Positions 1-10,433 of a DNA stretch of 64,000 nucleotides are shown here, piece after piece. The notes beneath the pieces are model-generated. The model saw nothing but the letters and a program-made list of their open reading frames with translations. It was not told the origin of the DNA and did no database searches. Source of the stretch: an uncultured bacterium (GTDB lineage: Bacteria; Babelota; Babeliae; Babelales; Babelaceae); assembly GCA_963848965.1 (NCBI GenBank), contig CAWKFG010000004.1, forward strand, positions 704,001 to 768,000. Direction: 5' to 3'. Position 1 is the stretch's first letter. Each line of letters opens with the position of its first letter. Made by a program: the position numbers and the translations under genes.

Positions 1-1
1 C

Positions 2-946
2 CGCACTTATATCAGCAAGTGCTATCTGCGCTGTAGATCTTTCTAGCTCAGTGCCTCGTAAGGTTAACTCAACAGTAAAACCAAGTTCTTCATTTTTCTT
101 TTCTATAGTACGGTTATCTCTGTTAATTACCCCTTTAGGAGCAGGTTCTAGTTTGTGCTCTACTACTGAAGAAACCTTAAGTCTCTGTGGATTCCATAGA
201 TCTCTTTGTGCAGTAACAGCTAACAAGAGAGCAGGTCTACGATACTTTATTGCAGTTTCAACATTATGATAATCTCTTACATTATATATCTCTACCGTTG
301 ACCGTAAAGATGTCTTATTATGGCTTCTGAACGTAAAAGGTAATGAAAATGATCCCTGAGGTTCTACTACTGTTCTCTTTTTTGTAAGAGGATCAAAAAC
401 AACATATTCATCATTTGTTTTATTTTCTATCACTAACAATGTGCTCGCAAGAGCAGGTTTAACAGTAGAAGGTACAGATTCTTTTTGTACCTGTTGTTCT
501 TGAGCTTTAGAGAGTATCTCAGCTATAGCATGATAGCTATTTGTTTTTGCTATAGTAAGTGGAGTAAGGCCTGCATTTGACTTAATAGCTGGATTTGCTC
601 CTCGTTCTAATAAGAAACTTACCATAGGTGTATCAAATGCCATTACAGCAAAATGAAGAGGCGCTAATCCCTGAGAAGTTTGCATATTAATATCTGCTCC
701 TTTATCAAGCAAAAGTCTCGAACCTTCTTTACTTTTATGCAAAACAGCAGCAGTTAAAGGAGTGGCTCTTCCTTGATTAAATGTAAAATTTAGCTCATTA
801 GTTTGAGAAACCAGCTGCTGTATAACGCTTTCGATTCTTATAGCTTTTCCCCACGCTCCTTCAAACCGATTTTCCCAATTCTGCTCCATAGCATAAGAAG
901 AAATCATCCAAAGCGTTGCTATAAAATAAATACCCTTTTTTATCAT
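2..946 (-). CDS. Secreted ankyrin-repeat protein (partial, runs off window start)
   Basis: Not in ORF track; read manually from ATG at 946: MIKKGIYFIATLWMISSYAMEQ... with ankyrin motifs TPLTAAV..LLLDKGADIN, GLAPLHFAV..FLLERGANP, GLTPLTIA; frame appears open to the window edge. Confidence 0.85.
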   Translation of the reverse strand, partial: MIKKGIYFIATLWMISSYAMEQNWENRFEGAWGKAIRIESVIQQLVSQTNELNFTFNQGRATPLTAAVLHKSKEGSRLLLDKGADINMQTSQGLAPLHFAVMAFDTPMVSFLLERGANPAIKSNAGLTPLTIAKTNSYHAIAEILSKAQEQQVQKESVPSTVKPALASTLLVIENKTNDEYVVFDPLTKKRTVVEPQGSFSLPFTFRSHNKTSLRSTVEIYNVRDYHNVETAIKYRRPALLLAVTAQRDLWNPQRLKVSSVVEHKLEPAPKGVINRDNRTIEKKNEELGFTVELTLRGTELERSTAQIALADISA

Positions 947-1145
947 GTTACATATCCTTAATTTAATTTGTTTTTAATAAAGTATAACATATAGATTATT
1001 TTAATACAATATTGCTATTAGAATAAATAAATACAGGTGCTACAATTTTTTCTTTCTAAAAGATACGAGCAAATACTTTTATGTTACGAAAATCAATGGT
1101 ATAACTTACCAGGGAAGTGCTCTTTTATAAGCAACGAGGAAATTT

Positions 1146-1544
1146 ATGAACATTGGTGTAATAGTATCTTTAAGTATTTGTCTTACAAGCGTTTTTACCT
1201 GTATAAGCATGGAGCAACATCAAGCATTTGACCCTGAGCAAGAGTATAGACGCTTACTAGGAATAGCAAAGAATGCAACAACAGACGAAGAGTATGACAA
1301 AGCAATAGAGCACATTAACAAACTTAAAGGATCCTACACCGAAATTCTTTCTAATATGCCAAATGTAAAACACCTTCGTCCTAGCGAAGCGCGTAAGATT
1401 TACGAAGAAAAACTCAGAAAGTTTAAAGCCGCAAAAGGACCTCAAGAAGAAACAGAAGCTCGTAAAACACTTAATGATCTTATTAAAAGACATCCTGAAG
1501 TAAAAAAATTCAGAGAAGAGGTCTTAAAATCTATGAAAAAATAA
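1146..1544 (+). CDS. Small secreted helical hypothetical protein
   Basis: GAGGA RBS upstream, hydrophobic signal peptide ending CIS|MEQ, charged helical mature region. Confidence 0.75.
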   Translation: MNIGVIVSLSICLTSVFTCISMEQHQAFDPEQEYRRLLGIAKNATTDEEYDKAIEHINKLKGSYTEILSNMPNVKHLRPSEARKIYEEKLRKFKAAKGPQEETEARKTLNDLIKRHPEVKKFREEVLKSMKK

Positions 1545-1555
1545 GAAGGCGAACT

Positions 1556-1762
1556 GTGATTAAAATACTACTAACGATTCTCTATACCCTTCAGGTATTA
1601 AATTCCTATGCTATGCAGCACTCCCGTACTAGTAATGCAGATGAATTAACACATTTAGCTACGAAAATACCACATATGCCAAAATTAAAAAGCGGCCAAG
1701 GCTTGACAAATAGCAAAATAAACGGTACATTATTTAAAAAATTGCATATCGTAATTTATTAA
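1556..1762 (+). CDS. Short secreted hypothetical protein, possibly truncated
   Basis: GTG start after AAGG, signal peptide ending SYA|MQH like neighbouring genes; only 68 aa. Confidence 0.45.
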   Translation: MIKILLTILYTLQVLNSYAMQHSRTSNADELTHLATKIPHMPKLKSGQGLTNSKINGTLFKKLHIVIY

Positions 1763-1789
1763 AGGAGTCCTTGCATGTGTTATACCATG

Positions 1790-1945
1790 CCTCATATATA
1801 CCAAAGTGCCCTAGCATCTTATTTCTTACAATCTTCTCTTCCTTTCTTAAAACGTTGCCATAAGCGTTTACCCAAACGCACATAGTCTTTCTTTGCTTAT
1901 TCTTCTGATACTTCTGCAACTAGCATTTTCGACTCTTTTTAATAA
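1790..1945 (-). pseudogene. Remnant of an HD-domain (RelA/SpoT hydrolase-like, small alarmone hydrolase type) gene
   Basis: Minus strand reads KRVEN/(frameshift)LVAEVSEE* then KDYVRLGKRLWQRFKKGRED...ALWY, resembling the 'RVAELVAEVSE' and 'DY..G..LW.RF..G.E..LWYY' segments of small HD hydrolases; contains stops, a frameshift and an apparent internal deletion. Confidence 0.45.
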
Positions 1946-2065
1946 TCTAGAGCATATATTCTCCTTATGTGTAGCTTTTTTAGAAAGCGATTGTATCACA
2001 ACAAGGCATTCAGCACAGCTTATGAGAGTGCTCTCTAACAATACTACTTACTTACAAAGGACATA

Positions 2066-3661
2066 ATGGCTACACCTACATGGATTGTAATTCTTCCACC
2101 ACTTTTAGTACTGTTGAGTGTTTTAACAACACGACGTATGATACTTTCGTTCCTTATTGGCATTGTAAGCAGCGCGCTTATTGTAACAGGAGGGGCGCTA
2201 CAACCTGCTATCTCCCTTATTCTTAAGCGATTTGGAGAAAGCAGTGGCCTCGATAAAATTTATTCATGGCAAGCATTGTGGACCAATTGGAATCTAAGTA
2301 TCTTTATTTTTCTTATTTCATTAGGTGTACTCATTACACTATTGCAACGCTCTGGAAGTACACAGGCATTTCTACAACTTGCCCAAAAAAGAGTTAAAAG
2401 TAAGAAATCTGCAGAAGTCACGTCACTTCTGCTGTCACTCGCATTCTTTATTGATGATTACTTTGCTGCTCTTACTGTTGGATCAGTTATGCGCCCACTA
2501 GCAGCTGCCTATAGAGTATCATCTGTAAAATTAGCTTTTTTAGTAACAGCACTAGCTTCTCCAATAACCATTCTCTCTCCTTTATCAAGTTGGGTAGGAG
2601 AAATCATTGCACAGCTGCGACAGGTAGGGGTGGCAAAAACGGCTGATGCTGTTATTGCAGTTGATCCTTTTTATGCTTTCATACAATCTATACCCTTTAT
2701 TTTCTATGCTCTTTTTATGATATTCAGTGCATGGTACATAGTTTTAAGAAAAATATCCTATGGACCTATGGCAATCTATGAAAAGCAAGAAAATCACAAT
2801 GAACATTCAGTATCTAAAGAAGAGACTCAATCAATATCTATCTTTTATTTTGCCTTTCCTCTGCTTCTTCTTATAGGCTTTATATTTACTACTTTACTAG
2901 CAACAGGAGGATATAGTCTCTTTGGAGGAACCTCTACGTTACTAGAGGCACTTAAAAATGGCTCTATTCAACAGGCATTTCTCGTAAGTGGGATAGGAAC
3001 TTTGCTTATAAGTATCCCGTTCTTTTGGCTCTATGGAAGAATAGCATTTCAGGAGATAGGACCTTCTTTGTGTCAAGGAGCATGGCTCATGATACCCTCA
3101 ATCATAATGCTTGTACATGCTTGGACGTTGGGTGTTATCCTCAAAACAGATCTTCAAACTGGAACGTATTTTGCTTCACTTTTTTGCTCAGTTATATGCA
3201 TAAATTTTCTTCCTCTTGCAAGCTTTGTTACCGCAGCTCTCATTGCTTCTATGATAGGCTCTGCATGGGCAACAATGGGACTTATGTTCCCTATTATTAT
3301 ACCTCTTCTTAAGGTACTTTTACATCTACCTGCAGGAGCAGCACTTGAAGCAGTACCGCTTGCCTTACCTGCTATAGGAGCAACGCTTTCTGGATGTGTT
3401 ATCGGTACTCACCTTTCTTTTATTGCAGATAATCCTATAATGGCAGCAACAAGCTCTGGAGCTCCTCATTTTGAGCTTATGAAAGCTATGACCTGGTATG
3501 TAGTGCCTGTAGGTATTGCAACAGCTGCTGCTTATTGGATACTTGGCATAACACTTCCTTTATGGGGACTTGGCCACTCATTTATTGCTGCACTAATACT
3601 TGGTCTTATAGTCTTAGTACTTTTGTTTGAGATAGCACAACGCTTGTTTGGAAAAAAATAA
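2066..3661 (+). CDS. Na+/H+ antiporter NhaC family transporter
   Basis: 531 aa, about 12 TM segments, FFIDDYF..LTVGSVMRP and SPLSSW motifs typical of this family. Confidence 0.85.
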   Translation: MATPTWIVILPPLLVLLSVLTTRRMILSFLIGIVSSALIVTGGALQPAISLILKRFGESSGLDKIYSWQALWTNWNLSIFIFLISLGVLITLLQRSGSTQAFLQLAQKRVKSKKSAEVTSLLLSLAFFIDDYFAALTVGSVMRPLAAAYRVSSVKLAFLVTALASPITILSPLSSWVGEIIAQLRQVGVAKTADAVIAVDPFYAFIQSIPFIFYALFMIFSAWYIVLRKISYGPMAIYEKQENHNEHSVSKEETQSISIFYFAFPLLLLIGFIFTTLLATGGYSLFGGTSTLLEALKNGSIQQAFLVSGIGTLLISIPFFWLYGRIAFQEIGPSLCQGAWLMIPSIIMLVHAWTLGVILKTDLQTGTYFASLFCSVICINFLPLASFVTAALIASMIGSAWATMGLMFPIIIPLLKVLLHLPAGAALEAVPLALPAIGATLSGCVIGTHLSFIADNPIMAATSSGAPHFELMKAMTWYVVPVGIATAAAYWILGITLPLWGLGHSFIAALILGLIVLVLLFEIAQRLFGKK

Positions 3662-3748
3662 GGATCTATCAATAATAACCTTCTAGTGCATATTGCAATT
3701 ATGTTTGAATTCATCTATCCTAGAAGAAATAGTTATAAAGGAGTTGCC

Positions 3749-5311
3749 ATGAAACAGCTTCCTATAGGTGTTCAAACATTTGAGATAATGATTAATGACG
3801 GTTTTATCTATGTAGATAAGACTGAGCATATTCATAAGATTATAACAAAAGGCAGATACTATTTTCTAGCTCGTCCTCGTCGCTTTGGAAAATCTCTTTT
3901 AGTATCAACGCTTAAAGAGATATTTTTAGGAAACAAAGCACTTTTTAGAGACTTGTGGATTTACAAAAGTACTTATGATTGGGATGAACATCCTGTTATT
4001 CATCTAGATTTTTCACAGTTAGCTCATAAATCGCCAGATGCTCTTGAAGTAGATCTATCATGGTCTCTTGATTCATTAGGCGAAGATTATGATATTGATA
4101 TCTCTAGTGCTCCTTCAATACAAACCAAACTTAAAAAACTTGTTAAATCCCTTGCAAAAAAATATCGACCTTCACGCGTAGTTATACTTATTGATGAGTA
4201 TGACTATCCAATATTAAGTCATTTACATACATTAGAAATTGCTAAAAAACATCAAGAAATCCTAAGAAGTTTTTATGCAACAATTAAAAGCCTTGATGCC
4301 TACTTAGACTTCGTTTTTCTCACAGGTGTTAGTAAATTTTCAAGAACCTCTATTTTTTCTGGGCTTAATAATCTTAAAGATATAACAAATACCCTGCAAG
4401 GAGCTTCGTTATTGGGATATACGCAACAGGAGCTTGAATACTACTTTAAAGAGCATATAGATTTCTTAGCTAAAAAACAAAGAGTCACTATCATAAACAT
4501 TCTTGACCAGATGAGAACGTGGTATAACGGCTATAGATTTTCCAGAGAGCCTATCAATGTTTATAATCCTTATTCCGTACTTCTTTACTTAGATAACGGC
4601 GTAATAGAAAATTACTGGTTTGAAACTGGAACTCCATCATTTCTTATTAATATTCTTAGACAAAAATACGAATCATTAAGAAACATCGAACAAGGAAAAA
4701 TAAGCGTTTCAAGTTTGGGAACATTCAATATAGAAAACATGCCCCTTATAACTCTTCTTTTTCAAACCGGATATCTTACAATTAAAGACTACAATCCTAA
4801 GACACGTAAATACTCTTTAAACATACCAAATAAAGAAGTAGAGATATCTCTTGAAAAAAGCCTTCTCTCTGCGTTTACGTATAAAGATGAACCAGACGTA
4901 GAAAGTCACATCGACCGCATGAAAAAAGCTCTTGAAAGTAATGATATCAAACAATTTTGTAGTAATCTTCAAACTTTGCTTGCTCATATTCCATACAACC
5001 TTCATATTAAGCAAGAAAAATACTATCACTCTTTGTTCCAACTTATAGGCAATATGCTTGGAATAGATAGTAACTCTGAAGTTGCTACAGACAAAGGTAG
5101 GATTGATCTTACACTCATAACCAAAAAATACGTTTATTTATTTGAATTTAAATTTAATCAGTCAGCAGATAAAGCTCTTAAACAAATTGAGCACAAAAAA
5201 TATTATGAAAGATATTTAGAGCTAGAAAAAAAGATAATGCTTGTTGGTGTCTCCTTTCATCGAACTGAAAATGATCTAGCCATTGAGTGTCTGGCCAAAC
5301 CGTTGAGCTGA
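3749..5311 (+). CDS. AAA-ATPase-like protein with C-terminal PD-(D/E)XK nuclease
   Basis: MKQLPIGVQTF, YVDKT, Walker A RPRRFGKS, Walker B LIDEYD, SGLNNL, WYNGY, YNPYS, C-terminal GRIDL..FEFK; start set at ATG 3749 after AAGGAG. Confidence 0.9.
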   Translation: MKQLPIGVQTFEIMINDGFIYVDKTEHIHKIITKGRYYFLARPRRFGKSLLVSTLKEIFLGNKALFRDLWIYKSTYDWDEHPVIHLDFSQLAHKSPDALEVDLSWSLDSLGEDYDIDISSAPSIQTKLKKLVKSLAKKYRPSRVVILIDEYDYPILSHLHTLEIAKKHQEILRSFYATIKSLDAYLDFVFLTGVSKFSRTSIFSGLNNLKDITNTLQGASLLGYTQQELEYYFKEHIDFLAKKQRVTIINILDQMRTWYNGYRFSREPINVYNPYSVLLYLDNGVIENYWFETGTPSFLINILRQKYESLRNIEQGKISVSSLGTFNIENMPLITLLFQTGYLTIKDYNPKTRKYSLNIPNKEVEISLEKSLLSAFTYKDEPDVESHIDRMKKALESNDIKQFCSNLQTLLAHIPYNLHIKQEKYYHSLFQLIGNMLGIDSNSEVATDKGRIDLTLITKKYVYLFEFKFNQSADKALKQIEHKKYYERYLELEKKIMLVGVSFHRTENDLAIECLAKPLS

Positions 5312-5454
5312 ATAGCTGCAGTCTTATCCCGTAAATTTGCTTTTTCATAGCTTAAATCTTGACATTAAGCACGTATTTAAAAGATTCTTATAGAAGAATT
5401 ATACATTCAAACTCCACAAGCAAAATAGACATACATAATGCAAAGGAGATTTTC

Positions 5455-6597
5455 ATGAAAAAGCTGTTTTTCATACTTGTAAGCACTACCTCTTTTTTAT
5501 ATTCAGCTCCTACTATTGACCCTAAAGCAACAAAAGAAGAAATTGCTGAATATGAGCACAAATTAGCAAGTGGAGGAATACTAGAAGTGCTCGCTACTTC
5601 TGGTAAAATTTCTATTTCTGGGTGGGATAAAGAAACGATTTATGTAAGAGCTATTAAGCGAGCTCCAGAAAAACTTATCTCTTCGCTTATAATAGAAGCT
5701 CAGCTTACCGATACAAATGCGCTTATTAGAACAATTAGTGATCCTTCTCCTACGTATACCTATTCATATTCTTTTCTGTTTTTTAATTATTCTTATACCT
5801 ATACCTGTCCTGATGGCTGTATGTCGGTAGATTACAAAATTAAAGTACCGCGTAATACTGCAATTAAAATTTCTTCAACCAAAAATAGTCCTTTGCGAGT
5901 TAAAAATATAGATAATGGAGTATGGATAAAAAGCAACAAAGGAGACATTAAAACTGATGAAATTGCAGGACCATTAGAAGTACAAACGGAGAATAGTGAT
6001 ATACATATTACTGATAGTAGCGATAAAGTGTTGCTCAACGTTGCTAACGGAGACATAAGTATTAATAATAGCTTTTCTGTTTCTATTGAAGGAAAAAACG
6101 GAGATATAGATGTTAATAACGTTCAAGGAGCACTTACAGTAAAAACAAAGCAAGGTCATGTTAAAGCTACCAATATAACACAAACTGCTGCTATTGATGT
6201 CAGTCAAGGAGATACATATCTTACTAATGTGCATGGACCTATTGCTATTCACTCAAAGCGCGGCTACGTAAAAGTACAGAAAGCAAAAAGCTCTTGTACT
6301 ATTACTACTGTACATGGTGATATTACTGTTAGCCAAAAAAGCTGTAAGCCTGAAGAAAGTATTTCTCTACAAAGTACATATGGCGATATTCGACTCTACG
6401 TTCTTAAACATCTTGATGCACACCTTAAAGCAAATACTGAAAGTGGAACAATCTTTTTAGATCGTGCATTAACAGAAGTATATCATGTAGCACAGAATGT
6501 AAAAAGTCTTGATATTTCTTTGGGCAAAAAAGATATTAAGGGCTCTCAAGTAACAGTAAAATCTGTTGATGGTAATATTAAAATCGCAAGTTATTAA
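5455..6597 (+). CDS. DUF4097-like (putative adhesin) beta-strand repeat protein
   Basis: Signal peptide; repeated GDI.I..G.L.V.T..G motifs; VDYKIKVP; start at ATG 5455 after AAGGAG. Confidence 0.8.
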   Translation: MKKLFFILVSTTSFLYSAPTIDPKATKEEIAEYEHKLASGGILEVLATSGKISISGWDKETIYVRAIKRAPEKLISSLIIEAQLTDTNALIRTISDPSPTYTYSYSFLFFNYSYTYTCPDGCMSVDYKIKVPRNTAIKISSTKNSPLRVKNIDNGVWIKSNKGDIKTDEIAGPLEVQTENSDIHITDSSDKVLLNVANGDISINNSFSVSIEGKNGDIDVNNVQGALTVKTKQGHVKATNITQTAAIDVSQGDTYLTNVHGPIAIHSKRGYVKVQKAKSSCTITTVHGDITVSQKSCKPEESISLQSTYGDIRLYVLKHLDAHLKANTESGTIFLDRALTEVYHVAQNVKSLDISLGKKDIKGSQVTVKSVDGNIKIASY

Positions 6598-6621
6598 AAG
6601 GCTCTCATAGCGAGAGCCTTT
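6597..6621. terminator. Bidirectional intrinsic terminator
   Basis: AAAGGCTCTC-ATAGC-GAGAGCCTTT between convergent genes. Confidence 0.7.
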
Positions 6622-6640
6622 GATGATACTATTTTGGTCT

Positions 6641-8110
6641 TTAAGAATGTGCAATTAATGCTCGTAGAGGAGCCAAACTCATTCGTAATTTTTCAGTATA
6701 TTCATGAGCACTTTCTTTATCTGAAGTACTTAACACAGATTCAAGACTTTGCAATGATTGGGCTGCCTGTTTCTTTACCTCGCTCAGTTGCGACTGAAGC
6801 TCTGTATGCTTTCTCGTTATCTCTTCATGTTGTGTTTGGAGCTTTAGGCATCGTTGTTCCCAGAATACCGTATTTTTATGCAGCGTTTCTTTAAACTTCT
6901 CTCCCTCTTTGAGTTTTGCCCATTCAAATTCTAGTTTCCGCTCTTTAACTTCAAGTTCCTTTTTCTGTTTTTCAATCTCTGCTTTTTGGTTAGCAATAGT
7001 CTGTGCTTTATTAAGCTCTTTTTGCAGCTTTATTTCACCTCCTCTTTTTTCCTCTTCAATGTGACTGTGCTTTTCTGATACTTCTAGTGAAAGGCGCTCC
7101 TGTCTTTCATGAAGTTCAAGCCGCTCTTGGTCGCGCTGATGATCAAAATGAGGTTTACGTTGCTTTTCTTGTGCATAAGTATCTGTTGTTACAATATATT
7201 CAAGCACTTCCTGAAGTGTTTTATCAAGTTGATAAGCATGCTCAATTGCTTGTTGTTGAAACGGCAGCGGTTTAAAATCAGTTAATCCTGTAAGCGCTTG
7301 CTTGACTGCAGCTCTATCTTTTTTAAGTCGTTCTACATATGTTACATAAGGAAACTGATACTCTATATCGCTATAGAATGTCCGTATGTGCTTATCAAGT
7401 TTTTGGTTATACTCGTCAGATGATATGCTTCTTTCAAAGGCATAGGTCTCTAAAAATTCTTTTCCTAAAAGAAGCTCTAGCTTTATAAAACTTGTTTGAC
7501 GTTCAAGCGTAAGGTAAAATGTAGTAAAAAACGCACTCAGTGCATCTAAGTGGGCACCCAACTTTTGCCCTTGTATCACATAGGGTTCCCGTTTCTCTTT
7601 TGCTTCCCACTCAAGTAGTTTAACTTCAAGTTGATGCTTATAGGCAGAAATTTTCTCTTGCTCTTTCACAATTACTTTTTCAATTGAGTCAAGCGAATTA
7701 CGCGACCTGGTGATACGACCTTTAACAGTACTTAAAAAGTTTTCTAGTACAGCATTTTCATGAGATCGGCTGACCAATAGCTGCAACTCGCATGCATACT
7801 CTTGCTCAAGCATTTGAATATATACTCCTATAGAAGATAAAAATTCTTGATCTTTTTGTAGTTGATGGCTCTCATTTTGTAACTTATCAATGCACTCGTA
7901 CAACTGTGCTGTAGAAGCTTTATGCTCTGTGTAAACTCTACCAAAATAATCTTCAAGCTTTTTTTTCTTATAATATTCCATACAACCCCACACTGCTGTA
8001 GCAAGTGTTGTAGCACCAAAAAAATAGGCACCCTTCGAAACCGCATGTAGTAATGGTGAAGGAATACAAAGCGTAATAACAAGAAAAAGCCACGATATCT
8101 TCATACTCAC
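6641..8110 (-). CDS. Coiled-coil hypothetical protein with signal peptide and second hydrophobic segment
   Basis: 489 aa, two N-terminal hydrophobic stretches, long E/K/Q-rich heptad region. Confidence 0.75.
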   Translation of the reverse strand: MSMKISWLFLVITLCIPSPLLHAVSKGAYFFGATTLATAVWGCMEYYKKKKLEDYFGRVYTEHKASTAQLYECIDKLQNESHQLQKDQEFLSSIGVYIQMLEQEYACELQLLVSRSHENAVLENFLSTVKGRITRSRNSLDSIEKVIVKEQEKISAYKHQLEVKLLEWEAKEKREPYVIQGQKLGAHLDALSAFFTTFYLTLERQTSFIKLELLLGKEFLETYAFERSISSDEYNQKLDKHIRTFYSDIEYQFPYVTYVERLKKDRAAVKQALTGLTDFKPLPFQQQAIEHAYQLDKTLQEVLEYIVTTDTYAQEKQRKPHFDHQRDQERLELHERQERLSLEVSEKHSHIEEEKRGGEIKLQKELNKAQTIANQKAEIEKQKKELEVKERKLEFEWAKLKEGEKFKETLHKNTVFWEQRCLKLQTQHEEITRKHTELQSQLSEVKKQAAQSLQSLESVLSTSDKESAHEYTEKLRMSLAPLRALIAHS

Positions 8111-8260
8111 AATTCCTTTCTTTAAAAGTATTAATTTGCAGAATATGCATGCTTTCAGTATACTGAAATAGTATATAGATGTTATTTTACCTTATGTCTA
8201 TAAGTTATACAAAAAAATTGCTATACCTAAAGCTCGTATGTTTATCAAAGAGGAGAATTC

Positions 8261-9031
8261 ATGAAAAGATTACTTATTCCCTTGGTGCTCATTGGGGCAA
8301 GCTTTTTAGCTGTCACATGGTACCGCTCAACAAGAGACTATAAACCCTTAGAAAATATTCTTATTGTAGGAACCAGTGCTGACTTCGTGCCCTTCTCATT
8401 TAGAGATCAACAGATGAATATTGTAGGATTTGATATTGATATTGCAAAAGAAGTGGCAAAGCGCCTTAATATGCAGATCGACATTCAAGACAAGCCTTTT
8501 GGTATGCTGTTACCACAGATGGAAATGGGCCAAATCCATATGATCGCTGCAGGTATGACACCAACAGAAGAGCGAGCAAAACGCGTTCATTTTACTAAAC
8601 CGTATTTGACAGGTAATCCTCTTTTAGTAGTAACACTTGCAAAAAATCCGCCAGTAAACAACTTAGAAGATCTTAAAGGTAAAGATGTTATTGTTAATAC
8701 AGGTTATACAGCAGATACCTATATGTCCAAGATACCTGACATTAACCTTATACGTCTTGGCAAAGTAGCAGATGCTATCGCAGCTCTTGAGCACGGTAAA
8801 GGATATGCTTTTGTAACTGCAGCTTATACACTACAGCCATATCTTAAAGAGACAGGCAAAGACAAAACAGAATTTAATGTCTTTAGAATTCAAGAGACAG
8901 ATGAAAAAAATGCATTAGCTATTTCTAAAAAGCTTCCTGATGAATTTGTACAAAAGGTACAAAAAGCGCTTGATGATATGGAAGCAGATGGAACACTTAC
9001 TGCATTAAAACAGAAGTGGGAAGTTGTATGA
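8261..9031 (+). CDS. Polar amino-acid ABC transporter substrate-binding protein
   Basis: VGTSADFVPFSF, GFDIDIA, TEERAKRVHFTKPY, LKQKW motifs of SBP family 3. Confidence 0.92.
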   Translation: MKRLLIPLVLIGASFLAVTWYRSTRDYKPLENILIVGTSADFVPFSFRDQQMNIVGFDIDIAKEVAKRLNMQIDIQDKPFGMLLPQMEMGQIHMIAAGMTPTEERAKRVHFTKPYLTGNPLLVVTLAKNPPVNNLEDLKGKDVIVNTGYTADTYMSKIPDINLIRLGKVADAIAALEHGKGYAFVTAAYTLQPYLKETGKDKTEFNVFRIQETDEKNALAISKKLPDEFVQKVQKALDDMEADGTLTALKQKWEVV

Positions 9032-9687
9032 TCAACTTTGAACTTATTATTTCTATCTTGCCTCAGCTTGCACAAGGAGCACTCGTAACGCTTGCTATAG
9101 CGTTCTGTGCTTCTCTTATAGGCTTTTTTGGAGGCACCATTTTAGGTGTTATACAAACGAGTGGCTATCGCGGACTATCGCTTGCTGTTGCAATATATGC
9201 TACCATCTTGCGTGGTACTCCTATGCTTTTACAGATAGTGTTTCTTTCTTTAATGCTTCCTACTATAGGTATCTACTTATCTGCATTTACTACTGCGGTT
9301 GTTGCAATTGGTCTCAATAGCAGTGCCTATATTAGTCAGATTATACGGAGTGGTATCCAATCAGTATCTAAAGGGCAAATAGAAGCTGCTCGCACACTTG
9401 GAGTAAGTTCAGGGGATATTACAAGATACATTGTATTACCACAAGCGTTGCGAGTAGTTATTCCTGCGCTCGGAAATGAATTTATCACGCTTATTAAAGA
9501 TTCCAGCTTAGCATCTATTATTGGTGTTATGGAGCTTTATATGCGTGGCAACATTATTATAAGTCAAACGTATAACTCACTTTCTGTCTACATTGCTACT
9601 GGTCTCTTTTATCTTGTTATGACCGTTATACTTTCACTTATTGTTCACAGAATCGAAAAGAAGCTTAATTACCATGCTAGAAATTAA
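9028..9687 (+). CDS. Polar amino-acid ABC transporter permease
   Basis: LRGTPMLLQ, GQIEAARTLG (EAA motif), LIKDSSLAS; ATG 9028 overlaps the upstream stop. Confidence 0.92.
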   Translation: MINFELIISILPQLAQGALVTLAIAFCASLIGFFGGTILGVIQTSGYRGLSLAVAIYATILRGTPMLLQIVFLSLMLPTIGIYLSAFTTAVVAIGLNSSAYISQIIRSGIQSVSKGQIEAARTLGVSSGDITRYIVLPQALRVVIPALGNEFITLIKDSSLASIIGVMELYMRGNIIISQTYNSLSVYIATGLFYLVMTVILSLIVHRIEKKLNYHARN

Positions 9688-10387
9688 ACATCTCACGAAG
9701 ATATATCACAGTAAAACAGTACTCAACGATATCTCTCTTTCTGTAGAGCCAGGGGAGATTGCGTTACTCCTAGGATCATCTGGCGTAGGAAAATCTACAC
9801 TTTTGCGTATCCTCAATGGGCTAGAGACCTATGATAAGGGTACTATAGTGCTTAATAATAAATCATTAGATATTAAGCACACACGTGCTGTAGGAATGGT
9901 TTTTCAGCAATTCAATCTCTTTGAACATATGACAGTTATACGCAATATTACATTTGCACTCGAAAAAGCACTTAAAAAGACCCCTAAAGAAGCACGTGCT
10001 ATCGCTCATGCACTTCTAAAAAAGTACGGTCTTGAAGATAAAGCAGATTTGCCTGTAACACAACTTTCGGGAGGGCAAAAGCAACGGCTTGCTATAGCCC
10101 GTTCACTTGCTCTACGACCACGAATTATTTGTATGGATGAACCTACTTCTGCTTTAGATCCTTTACTTACTAACTATGTTGCTCAAAGTATTCAAGAGCT
10201 TGCCCAAGAAGATTATATAGTACTCGTAGCATCTCATGATACTGCGCTTATTGAAAAACTCGATTGTACTATTTACCTTATGGATAAAGGAGAGCTTGTA
10301 CAAACAGCACGCTCAAAAGAATTCCGTAAACATCCAGAAAACTATCCAAAGATCAAGAACTTTGTAGAGGGCGCTCAGTCTACTTGA
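9674..10387 (+). CDS. Polar amino-acid ABC transporter ATP-binding protein (GlnQ-like)
   Basis: GSSGVGKST, GMVFQQFNLF, LSGGQKQR, DEPTSALDP. Confidence 0.92.
   Translation: MLEIKHLTKIYHSKTVLNDISLSVEPGEIALLLGSSGVGKSTLLRILNGLETYDKGTIVLNNKSLDIKHTRAVGMVFQQFNLFEHMTVIRNITFALEKALKKTPKEARAIAHALLKKYGLEDKADLPVTQLSGGQKQRLAIARSLALRPRIICMDEPTSALDPLLTNYVAQSIQELAQEDYIVLVASHDTALIEKLDCTIYLMDKGELVQTARSKEFRKHPENYPKIKNFVEGAQST
10315..10363 (+). repeat. 49-bp direct repeat, copy 1 (3' end of ABC ATPase gene)
   Basis: 44/49 identical to 11811-11859 by manual alignment. Confidence 0.85.
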
Positions 10388-10433
10388 GAAAAACTCAATA
10401 GCTTTAGTAAAATAAAGCAAAAGCCTCTTTATG

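Noticed and set aside
51..269. 72-aa plus-strand ORF
   Set aside because: Antisense to the ankyrin gene on the minus strand (2-946).
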